Assembly: GCA_963664115.2 (NCBI GenBank)
Contig: CAXWPJ010000009.1
Coordinates: 576,001-640,000 of the forward strand
Source of the DNA: Terriglobia bacterium
Lineage (GTDB): Bacteria > Acidobacteriota > Terriglobia > 20CM-2-55-15
Length of the DNA stretch: 64,000 nucleotides
Direction: 5' to 3'
Part shown: in pieces, positions 50,180 through 59,843 of the stretch
Layout: every line of letters begins with the position of its first letter
Numbering within the stretch: position 1 is the first letter of the stretch
The notes under the pieces: generated by a model
Databases searched by the model: none
Seen by the model: only the letters and a program-made list of their open reading frames with translations
What the model was told of the DNA's origin: nothing
Program-made: the position numbers and the translations under genes

Positions 50180-51460
50180 TCAAGTTCCTTTTGCGCCGGT
50201 GCCCGCCGGAATGGCCGAGCCCCCGGGATTCAATAACTTCTGCTCCAAAACCTGCACTTCCTTTTCGAAGAAGGGCTGTGTCTGCAGACTCCACAAGATC
50301 TTCTCTGTTGCACTTCGGTTTCCTTTTTCCAGATACCGGTGGCCTTTTTGGAGCATCACCAGCGGACCGGACCATCGTGGCGGAACCAATCGGGGCTCCA
50401 TATTCTCGAAAATTTGGGACCATTCATTCGCGATCGACCGCCACGAGTAGTTGCGGAACGCTCGGCTGCGGGCGGCCTCGGACATTTGACGATGCCGGTC
50501 CCGGTTCTGCGCCAATCCGGTCACAGCCTCAACAAACTCACGACGGTAGCTTTCCGACGATGGCTCGCCATCGATGCAGTATCCCGTCTCCCCGTCGTTG
50601 ACCGTTTCCTTAAGGCCAGCCTTCGCGGAAGTGACGACAACGGCGCCACACGCCTGTGCTTCGATCGCCGCAATGCAGGAGGTTTCATCGAAGGTATTGG
50701 GATACAGCAGGAATCCGCTACGGGACAACTCTTCCAGCAGCAACTTCTGACCAACGCTACCGTGCATGGTCACACCGGGCTGCTCGGCGTCCTTATATAG
50801 AGCGCCATAGGATTCACGATCGTTCTCTTCAGACCAGCCATAGACTTTCATGCTACTGAAAACGTCGAGCGACATGCTGGGCACCTGCTCCCGGATTCGG
50901 GGAAACATCTCCAGCAAACCCTTGAGCCCGCGAAAGGGTGTGCTCGAATAAACCCCGTTGGTCCAGATCTTCTCCCGTTTGGCAGGAACGAGATCGGTCC
51001 GAAAGCCGTTGCGGGTGGCGATGACCTTCTCAGAAGGCAAGTTAAAGGTGTCGATGAAGGTCGTACGATGCCATTCGCTCACGCAGAAGTGAAGGTCGAC
51101 GTTCTCCTGGATTGCCGGATGGCCCAGGTTGGATATCGCGGGCTGGTCGAAGGCGTCACCCGTCCAGAAAATGGTTCGTGGCGCGATCCGGCCTATCAGA
51201 AACGGATCGAACGAACGGAAAGAAATAAAAACGTCCCATTGCGCGACCCGATATTCTTCGAAAAAGCGGTGGTGATGCTGGTAGTGAACCCCGTCGTAAA
51301 CCCCGGTTTCCGGGCAGTTACAGTAAACACGCACCGAATGCCCGATTGCGGCAAGTTCGCGCGCCATATAGACGATGCCACTCTCGCTACCTCCCAGAGG
51401 ACCCTCCACAGGCGAATTCCCGTGAAACGGGATGCCGTTGTTGTAGATCGCCACGTTCAT
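50180..51460 (-). CDS. GT4-like glycosyltransferase
   Basis: GGSE, YSSTPFRGL, ETSCIAAIEAQACG. Confidence 0.85.
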   Translation of the reverse strand: MNVAIYNNGIPFHGNSPVEGPLGGSESGIVYMARELAAIGHSVRVYCNCPETGVYDGVHYQHHHRFFEEYRVAQWDVFISFRSFDPFLIGRIAPRTIFWTGDAFDQPAISNLGHPAIQENVDLHFCVSEWHRTTFIDTFNLPSEKVIATRNGFRTDLVPAKREKIWTNGVYSSTPFRGLKGLLEMFPRIREQVPSMSLDVFSSMKVYGWSEENDRESYGALYKDAEQPGVTMHGSVGQKLLLEELSRSGFLLYPNTFDETSCIAAIEAQACGAVVVTSAKAGLKETVNDGETGYCIDGEPSSESYRREFVEAVTGLAQNRDRHRQMSEAARSRAFRNYSWRSIANEWSQIFENMEPRLVPPRWSGPLVMLQKGHRYLEKGNRSATEKILWSLQTQPFFEKEVQVLEQKLLNPGGSAIPAGTGAKGT

Positions 51461-53220
51461 GCTTGGTGAGTCCCTTCCTGCGGCACCGCTCTGGGCCGGG
51501 AACCTGCCATGTAAGACGTCAGGGCTGCGGCCACCCGGGGTTCGCTCCGTTTCTGACTGATCCAGTCGCGAAGCTCAGGCAACTGATCGGCCATTACCTG
51601 GAAGTGTTCCATCAGTTCGCCCCACATTTCCTTACGCTCGAGAATCAGACTCCTGTAAATCCAGTGATCCGTCGTCGCCTGACTCGAGGCGATGACCGCG
51701 TCGAGGTGAACGAGAGCGTCGTCGAGCAGGCCTCCCCGCGCTTCGTAAATGCTCAGCGTGGGTAGTAGAGCGGCATTACTGGTCTTCTCATAGCCGTAAT
51801 GCAGGTGGCGGGCGGCACGACCGAACTCACCCGCGTTCGCATAGACATGACTGACGTTGATCCGTGCATCGACGATGGCCTGATTGCCGCGAATGGCCAG
51901 TTCCAGGTGTTCCCGGGCTTTATCGTTGTCACCGCGTTCCAGGTAGGCCGCTCCCCGTAAGGATTCAGCCACCGCATCGCCGGGGTAGAGGTCACCGAGC
52001 AACTCCAGCGCAATGTCCGCGCGCTTGAGCTGAAGATTCGCCTTGACCAGCGCCAATCGGACATCCCGGCGCTCGGTGTGGTGGGTCAATAGGTCCTCCA
52101 GGATCGTGGCAGCCTCCTGGAAGCTACCGGCGTCAGTGTAAACGGCGGCGAGTTCCAATCCGGGTTCCGCAAAGGCCGGATCCAGGTGACGCGCTCGACG
52201 GTAGTAAGACACCGCCTTGTCCAACTGGTCCATCTTCCTGTGGGTGAGACCGAGGTTGAAAGTCGCGACAGGGTTCCCTATGTTCCGCTCCAGGCTAGTC
52301 CGGTAGTACTTCCGGGCCTGCTCGTGATCACCCAGCGCCAGCGATACGTTGCCGCGCTCCAGATGGAGTTCGAAGGTGTCCAACCCGCACTTGGCGGCAC
52401 GATCCAGAAGCTCCCCGGCTGCTTCGTGGTTGCCGAGGTTCTTCTCGGATATGGCACAGTGGAGCAAGCTTATCGGATTGCCGGACATCTCAAACGATTT
52501 CAGAAACGGCTTGCGAGCCTCCCCGTGCTGCTTCAGTTCCTGAAGCTGGATGCCGTAATCCATGTAGGCCTTCGCATTCGTCGGATCCTCTTTCAGTTTC
52601 TTTTTGCCTAACTTCAGATACAGGTGTTGCTTCCGGACGACGCAATCCTCTCCCCGAACCTTCCCAAAATGGTGAATGACGACCGGGAGACTGGAAAACC
52701 GCAGGCTCGGAGGCAGCCGGGTGGGGTCGACGATCTCGTGGACGGCACCGTGGAAACGCAGCTTCGGGTCGTTACGGAAAAAGCGAATCAGGGGGTTGTC
52801 GACAAACCCGGGATAGGGACGACCTTCTTCGTAGTCACTGGTATTGGGTTCCCAACCGTGGACTTGGTTTTTATAGACATAGTTCCGCTGAGTCAACGAG
52901 TAACCGTCGTTGGGCCCCGCCATCGCCTGTTCCAAATTCTTCAGGTCGCCCTCGGCGATGCATTCGTCGGCGTCCAGGACCAGGATCCAGGGATGGGTTG
53001 CTTCGGCGAGCGAGATGTTGCGCGCGTCTCCGAAATGGTTCGTCCATTCGCTGTGAATAATCTTCGGGGAGAAGGCCTCCACTCTCTCCAGAGTCCGATC
53101 CGTGCTCCCGGTGTCCACAATAATGACTTCGGAAACTATAGAAATGACACTTGAAACGGCCTTGGCGATCCAATCTTCCTCATTCTTAACGATCATGCAT
53201 AGAGATATTCCGTTCGTCAT
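51457..53220 (-). CDS. GT2 + TPR glycosyltransferase (flagellin O-glycosyltransferase type)
   Basis: ISLCMIVKNEE, DTGSTD, LDADE, VHE, multiple TPRs; divergent from the flagellin gene. Confidence 0.88.
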   Translation of the reverse strand: MTNGISLCMIVKNEEDWIAKAVSSVISIVSEVIIVDTGSTDRTLERVEAFSPKIIHSEWTNHFGDARNISLAEATHPWILVLDADECIAEGDLKNLEQAMAGPNDGYSLTQRNYVYKNQVHGWEPNTSDYEEGRPYPGFVDNPLIRFFRNDPKLRFHGAVHEIVDPTRLPPSLRFSSLPVVIHHFGKVRGEDCVVRKQHLYLKLGKKKLKEDPTNAKAYMDYGIQLQELKQHGEARKPFLKSFEMSGNPISLLHCAISEKNLGNHEAAGELLDRAAKCGLDTFELHLERGNVSLALGDHEQARKYYRTSLERNIGNPVATFNLGLTHRKMDQLDKAVSYYRRARHLDPAFAEPGLELAAVYTDAGSFQEAATILEDLLTHHTERRDVRLALVKANLQLKRADIALELLGDLYPGDAVAESLRGAAYLERGDNDKAREHLELAIRGNQAIVDARINVSHVYANAGEFGRAARHLHYGYEKTSNAALLPTLSIYEARGGLLDDALVHLDAVIASSQATTDHWIYRSLILERKEMWGELMEHFQVMADQLPELRDWISQKRSEPRVAAALTSYMAGSRPRAVPQEGTHQA

Positions 53221-53340
53221 GGTGGCTAACAGTGCAAGCGGGGAGCCAAAACCTGATCCACCGACCGGCCACTCTAGGCGCAAGGAAATCAAAGGTTTTG
53301 GAAAGAAATGAGGAGGGGTGTCGGTTTTTTGACACTGGGT

Positions 53341-53369
53341 CTAAAGTTCGACACCCCCTGATTCGATAA
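53341..53369 (+). promoter_or_regulatory. Sigma28 promoter of flagellin 1
   Basis: CTAAAG...TTCGATAA (TAAA-N16). Confidence 0.7.
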
Positions 53370-53427
53370 GGAGTGTGATGGTCTACAAGTGGACCGTCAG
53401 CCCAGCGGGGCTATGAACTCAAAACGA

Positions 53428-53469
53428 CCGCAAGGATGCGGCACTAACAAGTAAACTTCACGGAGGAAG
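53428..53469 (+). promoter_or_regulatory. Two CsrA-type GGA hairpins in the flagellin 1 leader
   Basis: CCGCA[AGGA]TGCGG and CTTC[ACGGAG]GAAG over the RBS. Confidence 0.7.
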
Positions 53470-53474
53470 CTTAA

Positions 53475-54302
53475 ATGAGCTTTTCAGTAGTTACGAACCT
53501 GTCCTCGATTAACGCCCAGGCCACTTTGGAAGGTACCCAGATGGGATTGCAGCGGACTTTGGCCCGCTTGACATCCGGCTTGCGTATCAACAGCTCTGCC
53601 GACGACGCCGCCGGCCTGGCCGTGGCCAACCGCCACAAATTGGACAACACCGGCCTGACCGTCGGTATCCGGAGTGCGAATGACGCCATCAGCAAGCTGC
53701 AGATCGAAGACGGCGCGTTGAACAACATCGCCTCGTTACTCGATCGCGCTTTGACTCTGGCCAGCCAGGCGGCTTCGGACACCTTCACCGGTTCTCGGGC
53801 GACCCTGGATGCCGAGTTCCAGTCGGTGCTCGCCGAAATCACCCGAAACGCGCAGGCTGCCGGCATCGAAACCGGCAATGCGAACCTGAACGCACGGTCG
53901 GTTTTCGTTGGGAACACCCAGACCAGCACCTCCGCCAGCGTTACCTATGTTTCGTTTGCTCTGACCACAGCGGCCGACGCTCAGGGTCTGGGAGTCAGCA
54001 CGCAGAACATCACCAACCAGGCCAATGCCGCAGCCGCCATCTCAAGTATTCAGACAGCCGTCGGTAGCCTGGGTACAGTTCAGGGCCGCGTGGGTGCGGC
54101 GATGAACCGCTTGAGTTTTGCGGTTTCACAGGCGCAAACGATGTCGGTCAGTGTGCGGGCTTCGGAATCCCGAATCCGTGACGCCAACATCGCTGAGGAA
54201 GCGGCAGCATTGACGAAGTTCAACATCCTGACCCAGAGCGGTTTGGCCGCGCTGTCTCAGGCGAACGCTTCGTCCCAGTCCGTTCTTCAGCTACTCCGGT
54301 AA
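53475..54302 (+). CDS. fliC: Flagellin (275 aa, D0/D1 only)
   Basis: RLTSGLRINSSADDAAGLA; SRIRDANIAEE...QAN. Confidence 0.96.
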   Translation: MSFSVVTNLSSINAQATLEGTQMGLQRTLARLTSGLRINSSADDAAGLAVANRHKLDNTGLTVGIRSANDAISKLQIEDGALNNIASLLDRALTLASQAASDTFTGSRATLDAEFQSVLAEITRNAQAAGIETGNANLNARSVFVGNTQTSTSASVTYVSFALTTAADAQGLGVSTQNITNQANAAAAISSIQTAVGSLGTVQGRVGAAMNRLSFAVSQAQTMSVSVRASESRIRDANIAEEAAALTKFNILTQSGLAALSQANASSQSVLQLLR

Positions 54303-54410
54303 AATCTGGAGGCACCGGCGCCGAATTCCATGAACTCGAGTAGTTAGACATCGCAGGGAAGGATTTCGGCCGTCTGTACTCTGAATTTTTACGAAAATCT
54401 CCGGGGGTCT

Positions 54411-54439
54411 CTAAAGAGGCCTCCGGGGACTGCCGATAA
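54411..54439 (+). promoter_or_regulatory. Sigma28 promoter of fliD-fliS operon
   Basis: CTAAAG...GCCGATAA (TAAA-N16). Confidence 0.8.
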
Positions 54440-54478
54440 CGTGGTTGCGAACGAGATTGAGAGATCGAGGAGACAACC

Positions 54479-55834
54479 ATGGCAGGCGAGATTAACTTTT
54501 CAGGATTCAACGGCTTTGACTTCGGCCAAATCATCGACGTCACGATCGAAGCCGAAAGCGCTCCCCTAAAAGCATTACAGGACAAAGACAGCGACCTCAG
54601 AAAGAAGGATTCCGCGCTGGGATCGTTCGGCCTCGAAGTGGCCGACCTGCAGGATCCCGTTGGTGATCTTGTTCTTGGTACAGTATTTACAGACCTTGAG
54701 GCGTCCAGCACCGACGAAGACGTGGCCACGGTGACGCTCGGGGACACCGCGGTTATCGGGGCCTACGACCTCAACATCACCCAACTGGCTAAAGCCCAGG
54801 TCACGGCATCCACAAACGGATACACGAACACGACCGATACCGCCGCTGATGGCGGCACGATTTCGTTCACGATCGGCGCTGCGACCACGACCGACATCAC
54901 GATCAGCGCCGCGACCTCGGTGGCCGAGCTCAAAACCTTGATCAACAACCAGAATTCGGGCGTCGTCGCCTCTGTGGTTAATGACGGCACGAACAACAAG
55001 CTCGTAATTTCCAGTCGAGCTACGGGAGCCACAAACGGATTCACGATCAACAACAGCCTGACCAACGGTGTCGCCACCGTCGTGGCGTTTGCGGTGGGAC
55101 AGAGCCCCTCGGTCGGCAACAGTCAGGATTCACAGGACTCCGCATTTACCGTAAACGGCCTCGCGATTTCCAGCGCTTCGAATACAGTAACGGACGCGGT
55201 TCCGGGAACAACCGTAAAGCTGGTAGCGACTGGAACGGCAACCGTCAACGTGGAAGCCGACTACGATACGCTCAAAGAACACGTCAAGACCTTCATCACG
55301 GAATTCAATGCCTTGAAGGAATTCTTCGATAAGCAGACCAAAATCGACAGCATCACCGGAAAACCGGGGCCACTGGCCAATGACTCGATTCTGCGGCAGG
55401 CTCTGTCCGACGTTAAGAACATCATACTCACATCGAATGGTAACAACGGTACGTACTCATACTTGACCGAAGTCGGCGTCGAGTTTAAGCAGGATGGAAC
55501 TCTGACGCTGGACGACGAAACGTTCGACACCGCAATCAATACGGCGATTACAGATCTCCAGAAGCTCTTTCAGGGTGACGGCACCGTGGACGGCGTTTTT
55601 GACGATCTGAAATCGGCACTCAACAACATCGACAACACTGCGGGGTTGATCAAAACGACGCGGGACGCGTTGAGCCAGGCCATCAAGAACCTCCGCGACC
55701 AGATTCTCGGGCAGCAATTGCGCCTGGAGCTGAGACGGACGGAACTCCAGAAGTTGTATGCAGCGGCTGATCTGACCATGTCCCGACTCACGTCACAACA
55801 GGGCGCACTGGGATCGATCGGCTTTGCGTTCTAG
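54479..55834 (+). CDS. fliD: Flagellar filament cap
   Basis: N-terminal SGF.G.D, QLAKAQ, SNTVTDAVPG, DGTLTLD; between fliC and fliS. Confidence 0.9.
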   Translation: MAGEINFSGFNGFDFGQIIDVTIEAESAPLKALQDKDSDLRKKDSALGSFGLEVADLQDPVGDLVLGTVFTDLEASSTDEDVATVTLGDTAVIGAYDLNITQLAKAQVTASTNGYTNTTDTAADGGTISFTIGAATTTDITISAATSVAELKTLINNQNSGVVASVVNDGTNNKLVISSRATGATNGFTINNSLTNGVATVVAFAVGQSPSVGNSQDSQDSAFTVNGLAISSASNTVTDAVPGTTVKLVATGTATVNVEADYDTLKEHVKTFITEFNALKEFFDKQTKIDSITGKPGPLANDSILRQALSDVKNIILTSNGNNGTYSYLTEVGVEFKQDGTLTLDDETFDTAINTAITDLQKLFQGDGTVDGVFDDLKSALNNIDNTAGLIKTTRDALSQAIKNLRDQILGQQLRLELRRTELQKLYAAADLTMSRLTSQQGALGSIGFAF

Positions 55835-55877
55835 ACAGCAGTACGGGCGAGTGCCGTACAACAAGAAAGAGGAGCCT

Positions 55878-56321
55878 ATGAACTACTCAAACTATCAATC
55901 CGATGCTTACAAGGAAACGTCGGTAACGACTTCCAACCAGACCAAGCTGATCGTCATGCTCTACGAAGGCGCGATACGTTTTCTTCGTGAAGCGGTTGGT
56001 GCCATCGAAAACAAGGACATCGGTGCCAAAGCCAAGGCATGTGATCGCGCTCTTGCCATCGTTCAGCACCTCCATCTCTCTCTCGACATGGAACGTGGCC
56101 AGGAGATCTCCGCCGATTTGGACCTACTCTACCGCTTCGTAATTTCTAAGATTGTGGACGGGTCGAGCCAACTGTCGTCGAAGAACTTGGATGAGGCAAT
56201 CAAAGTGCTAGACACACTCTGTACTGCATGGACTGAGTTGGCCCAGAAGGAGCAAGTGGAATCGGTCCCTACCGAACTGCTGGCCCAAGCTGCAAAGGGC
56301 CGGCTGGCGCTGCACGGATAA
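55878..56321 (+). CDS. fliS: Flagellin export chaperone
   Basis: KLIVMLYEGAIRF, SLDME.G.EI. Confidence 0.92.
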   Translation: MNYSNYQSDAYKETSVTTSNQTKLIVMLYEGAIRFLREAVGAIENKDIGAKAKACDRALAIVQHLHLSLDMERGQEISADLDLLYRFVISKIVDGSSQLSSKNLDEAIKVLDTLCTAWTELAQKEQVESVPTELLAQAAKGRLALHG

Positions 56322-56335
56322 TTCAGGAGGAATAG

Positions 56336-56770
56336 ATGAATTCTGCTCAAATCATAACAAGCCTCGAACGCGAGAGGCAATTACTTGAAGAATTTCGCAG
56401 CGTATCCGAACAGCAACTCAGGCTCATCGGAGATGACAATATCGACGGTGTTGAAAACTTACTCGGACGACGGGCGGACCTGATGGTGGAACTGACCGCG
56501 ATCGAGTCCACGCTGGCCACGTGGATTGCCCAGATCCGTCATGACCCTTCGGTCACTCCTGAAATGATGCATGAGCTTCGGACTCTGAACGATGAAATCG
56601 TGGAGCTGGCCAAGGAAGTGGTGGCCATCGATGCTGAAACTCACTGGAAGCTCGACCTCATTCGCGAACGGACACAGGCCGAGTTGAAGGACATCGATAC
56701 GAGCGTCCGGGCGCTGACGCAATACGGGAACACCGTCGAGGCCCAACCGCGACTCGACATCGACGGCTAG
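56336..56770 (+). CDS. FlgN/FliT-like helical chaperone
   Basis: Helical 144-aa protein directly after fliS. Confidence 0.55.
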   Translation: MNSAQIITSLERERQLLEEFRSVSEQQLRLIGDDNIDGVENLLGRRADLMVELTAIESTLATWIAQIRHDPSVTPEMMHELRTLNDEIVELAKEVVAIDAETHWKLDLIRERTQAELKDIDTSVRALTQYGNTVEAQPRLDIDG

Positions 56771-56959
56771 GCGCGCACACGTTCTCCAGGTGCCCGACGG
56801 TTGATTTTGCCTACCCGGCAAATTTGACCCACCTCGAGGATCAAACTCGAAGCACCTCTCGCACTTCTTTATCACAAGAGCCTTGGCGTTCAGAAAACGC
56901 AGGAACTCTGCAGTCAACGTGCGCGAGAAAAATGACCGAACGATTTTCGTCACAAGAAC

Positions 56960-56988
56960 CTAAAGGTTTGTGACACCGGTACCGATAG
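56960..56988 (+). promoter_or_regulatory. Sigma28 promoter of flagellin 2
   Basis: CTAAAG...ACCGATAG (TAAA-N16). Confidence 0.75.
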
Positions 56989-57035
56989 AGAAAGTATCTG
57001 GCCAAATGGTCAGGTAAGAGAAACGAGGGAGTAGG

Positions 57036-57072
57036 CCAGCACGGATGCTGGTTTCCAAAATCACGGAGGATT
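57036..57072 (+). promoter_or_regulatory. Two CsrA-type GGA hairpins in the flagellin 2 leader
   Basis: CCAGCA[CGGA]TGCTGG and AATC[ACGGAG]GATT. Confidence 0.7.
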
Positions 57073-57077
57073 ATTCA

Positions 57078-57908
57078 ATGAGTTTTTCAGTAGTCACCAA
57101 CCTTGCATCCATCAACGCACAAGCGACTCTCCAGGGAACCCAGATGGGTCTTCAACGAACACTGGCGCGCCTGACTTCGGGATTGCGCATCAACAGCGCG
57201 GCCGATGACGCCGCCGGCCTCGCCGTTGCGAACCGCCACAAGCTGGATAACACGGGTCTGACTATCGGTATCCGGAGTGCCAACGACGCGATCAGCAAAT
57301 TGCAGATCGAAGACGGTGCGCTCAGCAACATCGCTTCGTTGCTGGACCGGGCCCTGACTCTGGCCAGCCAGGCCGCTTCGGACACCTTCACGGGTTCCCG
57401 CGCAACCCTGGATGCCGAGTTCCAGTCGGTCTTATCGGAGATCACCCGAAACGCGACGGCCGCCGGTATCGAGACGGGCAATACCAATTTGAGTGCCCGG
57501 TCGGTGTTTGTCGGAAACACGACGACCAACACGTCGGCGAGCGTGACCTACGTTTCGTTTGCACTCACGACTGCGGTCGACGCTACAGGACTGGGTGTCA
57601 GCACGCAGGACATCACGAGCCAGGCCAATGCGGCGACCGCCATCTCGGCCATCCAGGCCGCGGTCGGAAATCTGGGAACGGTTCAGGGGCGTGTCGGTGC
57701 GGCAATGAACCGACTGAGTTTCGCCATTTCCCAGGCGCAGACGATGTCGGTCAGTGTCCGGGCATCGGAGTCTCGGATCCGTGATGCCAACATCGCTGAG
57801 GAAGCGGCAGCACTGACGAAGTTCAACATCCTCACCCAGAGTGGTTTGGCCGCTCTGAGTCAGGCGAACCAGTCGGCGCAGTCCGTATTGCAGCTACTCC
57901 GGCAGTAG
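57078..57908 (+). CDS. fliC: Flagellin, second copy (276 aa)
   Basis: Close paralog of 53475-54302; GGAGG before ATG at 57078. Confidence 0.96.
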   Translation: MSFSVVTNLASINAQATLQGTQMGLQRTLARLTSGLRINSAADDAAGLAVANRHKLDNTGLTIGIRSANDAISKLQIEDGALSNIASLLDRALTLASQAASDTFTGSRATLDAEFQSVLSEITRNATAAGIETGNTNLSARSVFVGNTTTNTSASVTYVSFALTTAVDATGLGVSTQDITSQANAATAISAIQAAVGNLGTVQGRVGAAMNRLSFAISQAQTMSVSVRASESRIRDANIAEEAAALTKFNILTQSGLAALSQANQSAQSVLQLLRQ

Positions 57909-58004
57909 TAAAACTTTCGTGGGGGCGATAGCCGTCCCTGGCCTGATGACGCGACACCCGTAAGATCGCCCCCGAAGAACAGGCCAGCATAAACACACTC
58001 GAAG

Positions 58005-58031
58005 AAAAGCCCGGCTAAAGCCGGGCTTTTT
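58005..58031. terminator. Bidirectional intrinsic terminator
   Basis: AAAAGCCCGGCT-AA-AGCCGGGCTTTTT between convergent genes. Confidence 0.85.
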
Positions 58032-58089
58032 CGCGATTAGACACTACGCTGATTGTGCCACATATTTTTGGCAGGGCTGGGGATTCGGC

Positions 58090-58458
58090 CTATGAGGAGT
58101 GCTCCCCGCCTTTCGAACGCGAAAGCTCGTTTTCTGCTGTTGCGAGTCGATCCCTCTTAGTCGATAGTTCCTTATAGACCAACGACAGCCGCTTCCGTTC
58201 AGTCATCAGTTCCTGCTCCAGGGCTGCCAGCCGCTCTCTTTCAATTGATAAGTCCTGCTTCAGTTCGTCGACCCTGGCACTCACGCCGGTGAAATGGCCC
58301 GGGACATCCGGCAATCCGACATCCTCGAAGGAGTCCTTAGCGGTTTGATTCGTTTTCGCCCTGAATGTAGCCTCAAGAAACCCCCGTCCGAAGCGTCGGT
58401 CGGGCTCTATATGACAACCTTCGGCCCATTCGTTCCAGGCATTGATAAAGACAAATCG
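58090..58458 (-). pseudogene. 3' remnant of a WbsX/GH99-like gene with coiled-coil tail, truncated at IS256
   Basis: Frame open from the IS end: [30 protein letters not shown]..., the WbsX C-terminal signature. Confidence 0.8.
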
Positions 58459-59843
58459 GAGTTATTGTCAAAAGTGGTGTTTAGGAGATTGATTCAAGCG
58501 GCGGCCTGATCGACTTGTGTCGCTTCGACACCATCGTTGAATTTCACTCCGATGATTACCTTGCTCAGATCATCGAATCCTCGTAATCGTCGCCAATTGT
58601 TCTCAGCGCACTGGCCCAGTTTGAACATCATGTGCAGCATGCCATCCCGTGTCAGGCAACCTCTGGATCGCTTCGTTCGGTGTCGAATGGTGGCAAAGGT
58701 CGACTCAATGGGATTCGTCGTTCTGATGCTCTGCCAGTGCTTGGCCGGAAAGTCGTAAAAGGCCAGCAGTTCCTCTCTGTCTTTCTGCAGGCAGAGTGTG
58801 GCTTTCGGATACTTCGGTTCATAGGTTTCAATGAACAAGTCGAATGCCTTCTCGGCGTCTGCCTTCGTCTCGGCCTGCCAGATCGAGTGCAGGGCCTGTT
58901 TCGCCTTCGCCTGGACCGACTTGGGCAGGCAGTTGAGGACGTTCATGACTTTGTGCATCCAGCAACGTTGTTGACGTGTCTCGGGATAGATTTCCTCCAG
59001 TGCGGCCCAGAACCCCATCGCACCGTCACCGATGGCCAACTTCGGAACATTCATCCCACGGGACTTCAGCTTCAACAAGACCTCGCGCCAACTCTGTGTC
59101 GATTCCCGTACACCGTCTTCGATCGCCAGGAAACGCTTCTCTCCGCGTTCATTCACGCCGATCACGACCAATGCACACAACTTGGTTTGTTCCGCCCGAA
59201 GTCCGCTGTAGATGCCGTCGGCCCAGACATAGACCCAGCGATCTGCATCCAAACGCTCCTCGCATCCGAGGCGGTACTGTTCGCCCCAAACCTGTTTCAA
59301 CCGCGATACCGTGCTCGCCGACAGACCCTGCGCCTGGGGACCGACAAGAACTTTTAGGGCCTCACCCATCTCGCCGCTGGAAACGCCTTTCAAATACAAC
59401 CACGGCACCGCTGCTTCCAGCGACTTCGTCTTCCGAATGTACGGTGGTACCAGGGCCGATCGGAACGTCACAGCTTCGCCCGTCTTGGCACGGACCTTCG
59501 GGATTTGGACTGTTACCGGACCCAATCCCGTCTGCAGTTCGCGTTCCGGCAGATAACCGTTGCGTACCACCCCGGCGTTTCCTGTCTCAGTTCGCCGGCC
59601 ACCGTGCTGGGATAGCAGCTCTGCCAATTCGGCTTCCACTGCGCGTTGGATCAGTTGCTGTGCCCCAACTCGTAGTAGTTCTGTTACTGGATCCTCAATC
59701 GTTTCTCGACCTTCCGGTCCATTCACGTTACTCTTGCTCACAGTGGCGTATCTCCTATGGTTGCTTTGAAGTTTTGTCACAACAAATCAACCAGATACGC
59801 CGCTCTTATTCAATCCCTCAAACACCAGATTCGGTTATAACTT
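58459..59843 (-). mobile_element. IS256-family insertion sequence, no target-site duplication
   Basis: Imperfect IRs AGTTATTGTCAAAAGTGGTGTTTAGGAGATTGA vs AGTTATAACCGAATCTGGTGTTTGAGGGATTGA; flanks unrelated; ends +/-1 bp. Confidence 0.85.
58494..59741 (-). CDS. IS256 transposase
   Basis: RNGY, YVWADGIY, GDGAMGFW, QRCWMHK, TTNPIES. Confidence 0.95.
   Translation of the reverse strand: MSKSNVNGPEGRETIEDPVTELLRVGAQQLIQRAVEAELAELLSQHGGRRTETGNAGVVRNGYLPERELQTGLGPVTVQIPKVRAKTGEAVTFRSALVPPYIRKTKSLEAAVPWLYLKGVSSGEMGEALKVLVGPQAQGLSASTVSRLKQVWGEQYRLGCEERLDADRWVYVWADGIYSGLRAEQTKLCALVVIGVNERGEKRFLAIEDGVRESTQSWREVLLKLKSRGMNVPKLAIGDGAMGFWAALEEIYPETRQQRCWMHKVMNVLNCLPKSVQAKAKQALHSIWQAETKADAEKAFDLFIETYEPKYPKATLCLQKDREELLAFYDFPAKHWQSIRTTNPIESTFATIRHRTKRSRGCLTRDGMLHMMFKLGQCAENNWRRLRGFDDLSKVIIGVKFNDGVEATQVDQAAA

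Noticed and set aside
53370-53425. Hairpins in the flagellin 1 leader as a c-di-GMP riboswitch
   Set aside because: GEMM consensus elements were not recognised
57915-58075. Possible tRNA fragment, att site or structured RNA after flagellin 2 (GGGGCGAT...ATCGCCCC stem)
   Set aside because: No T-loop or CCA features and no second copy in the window; treated as 3' UTR structure plus terminator
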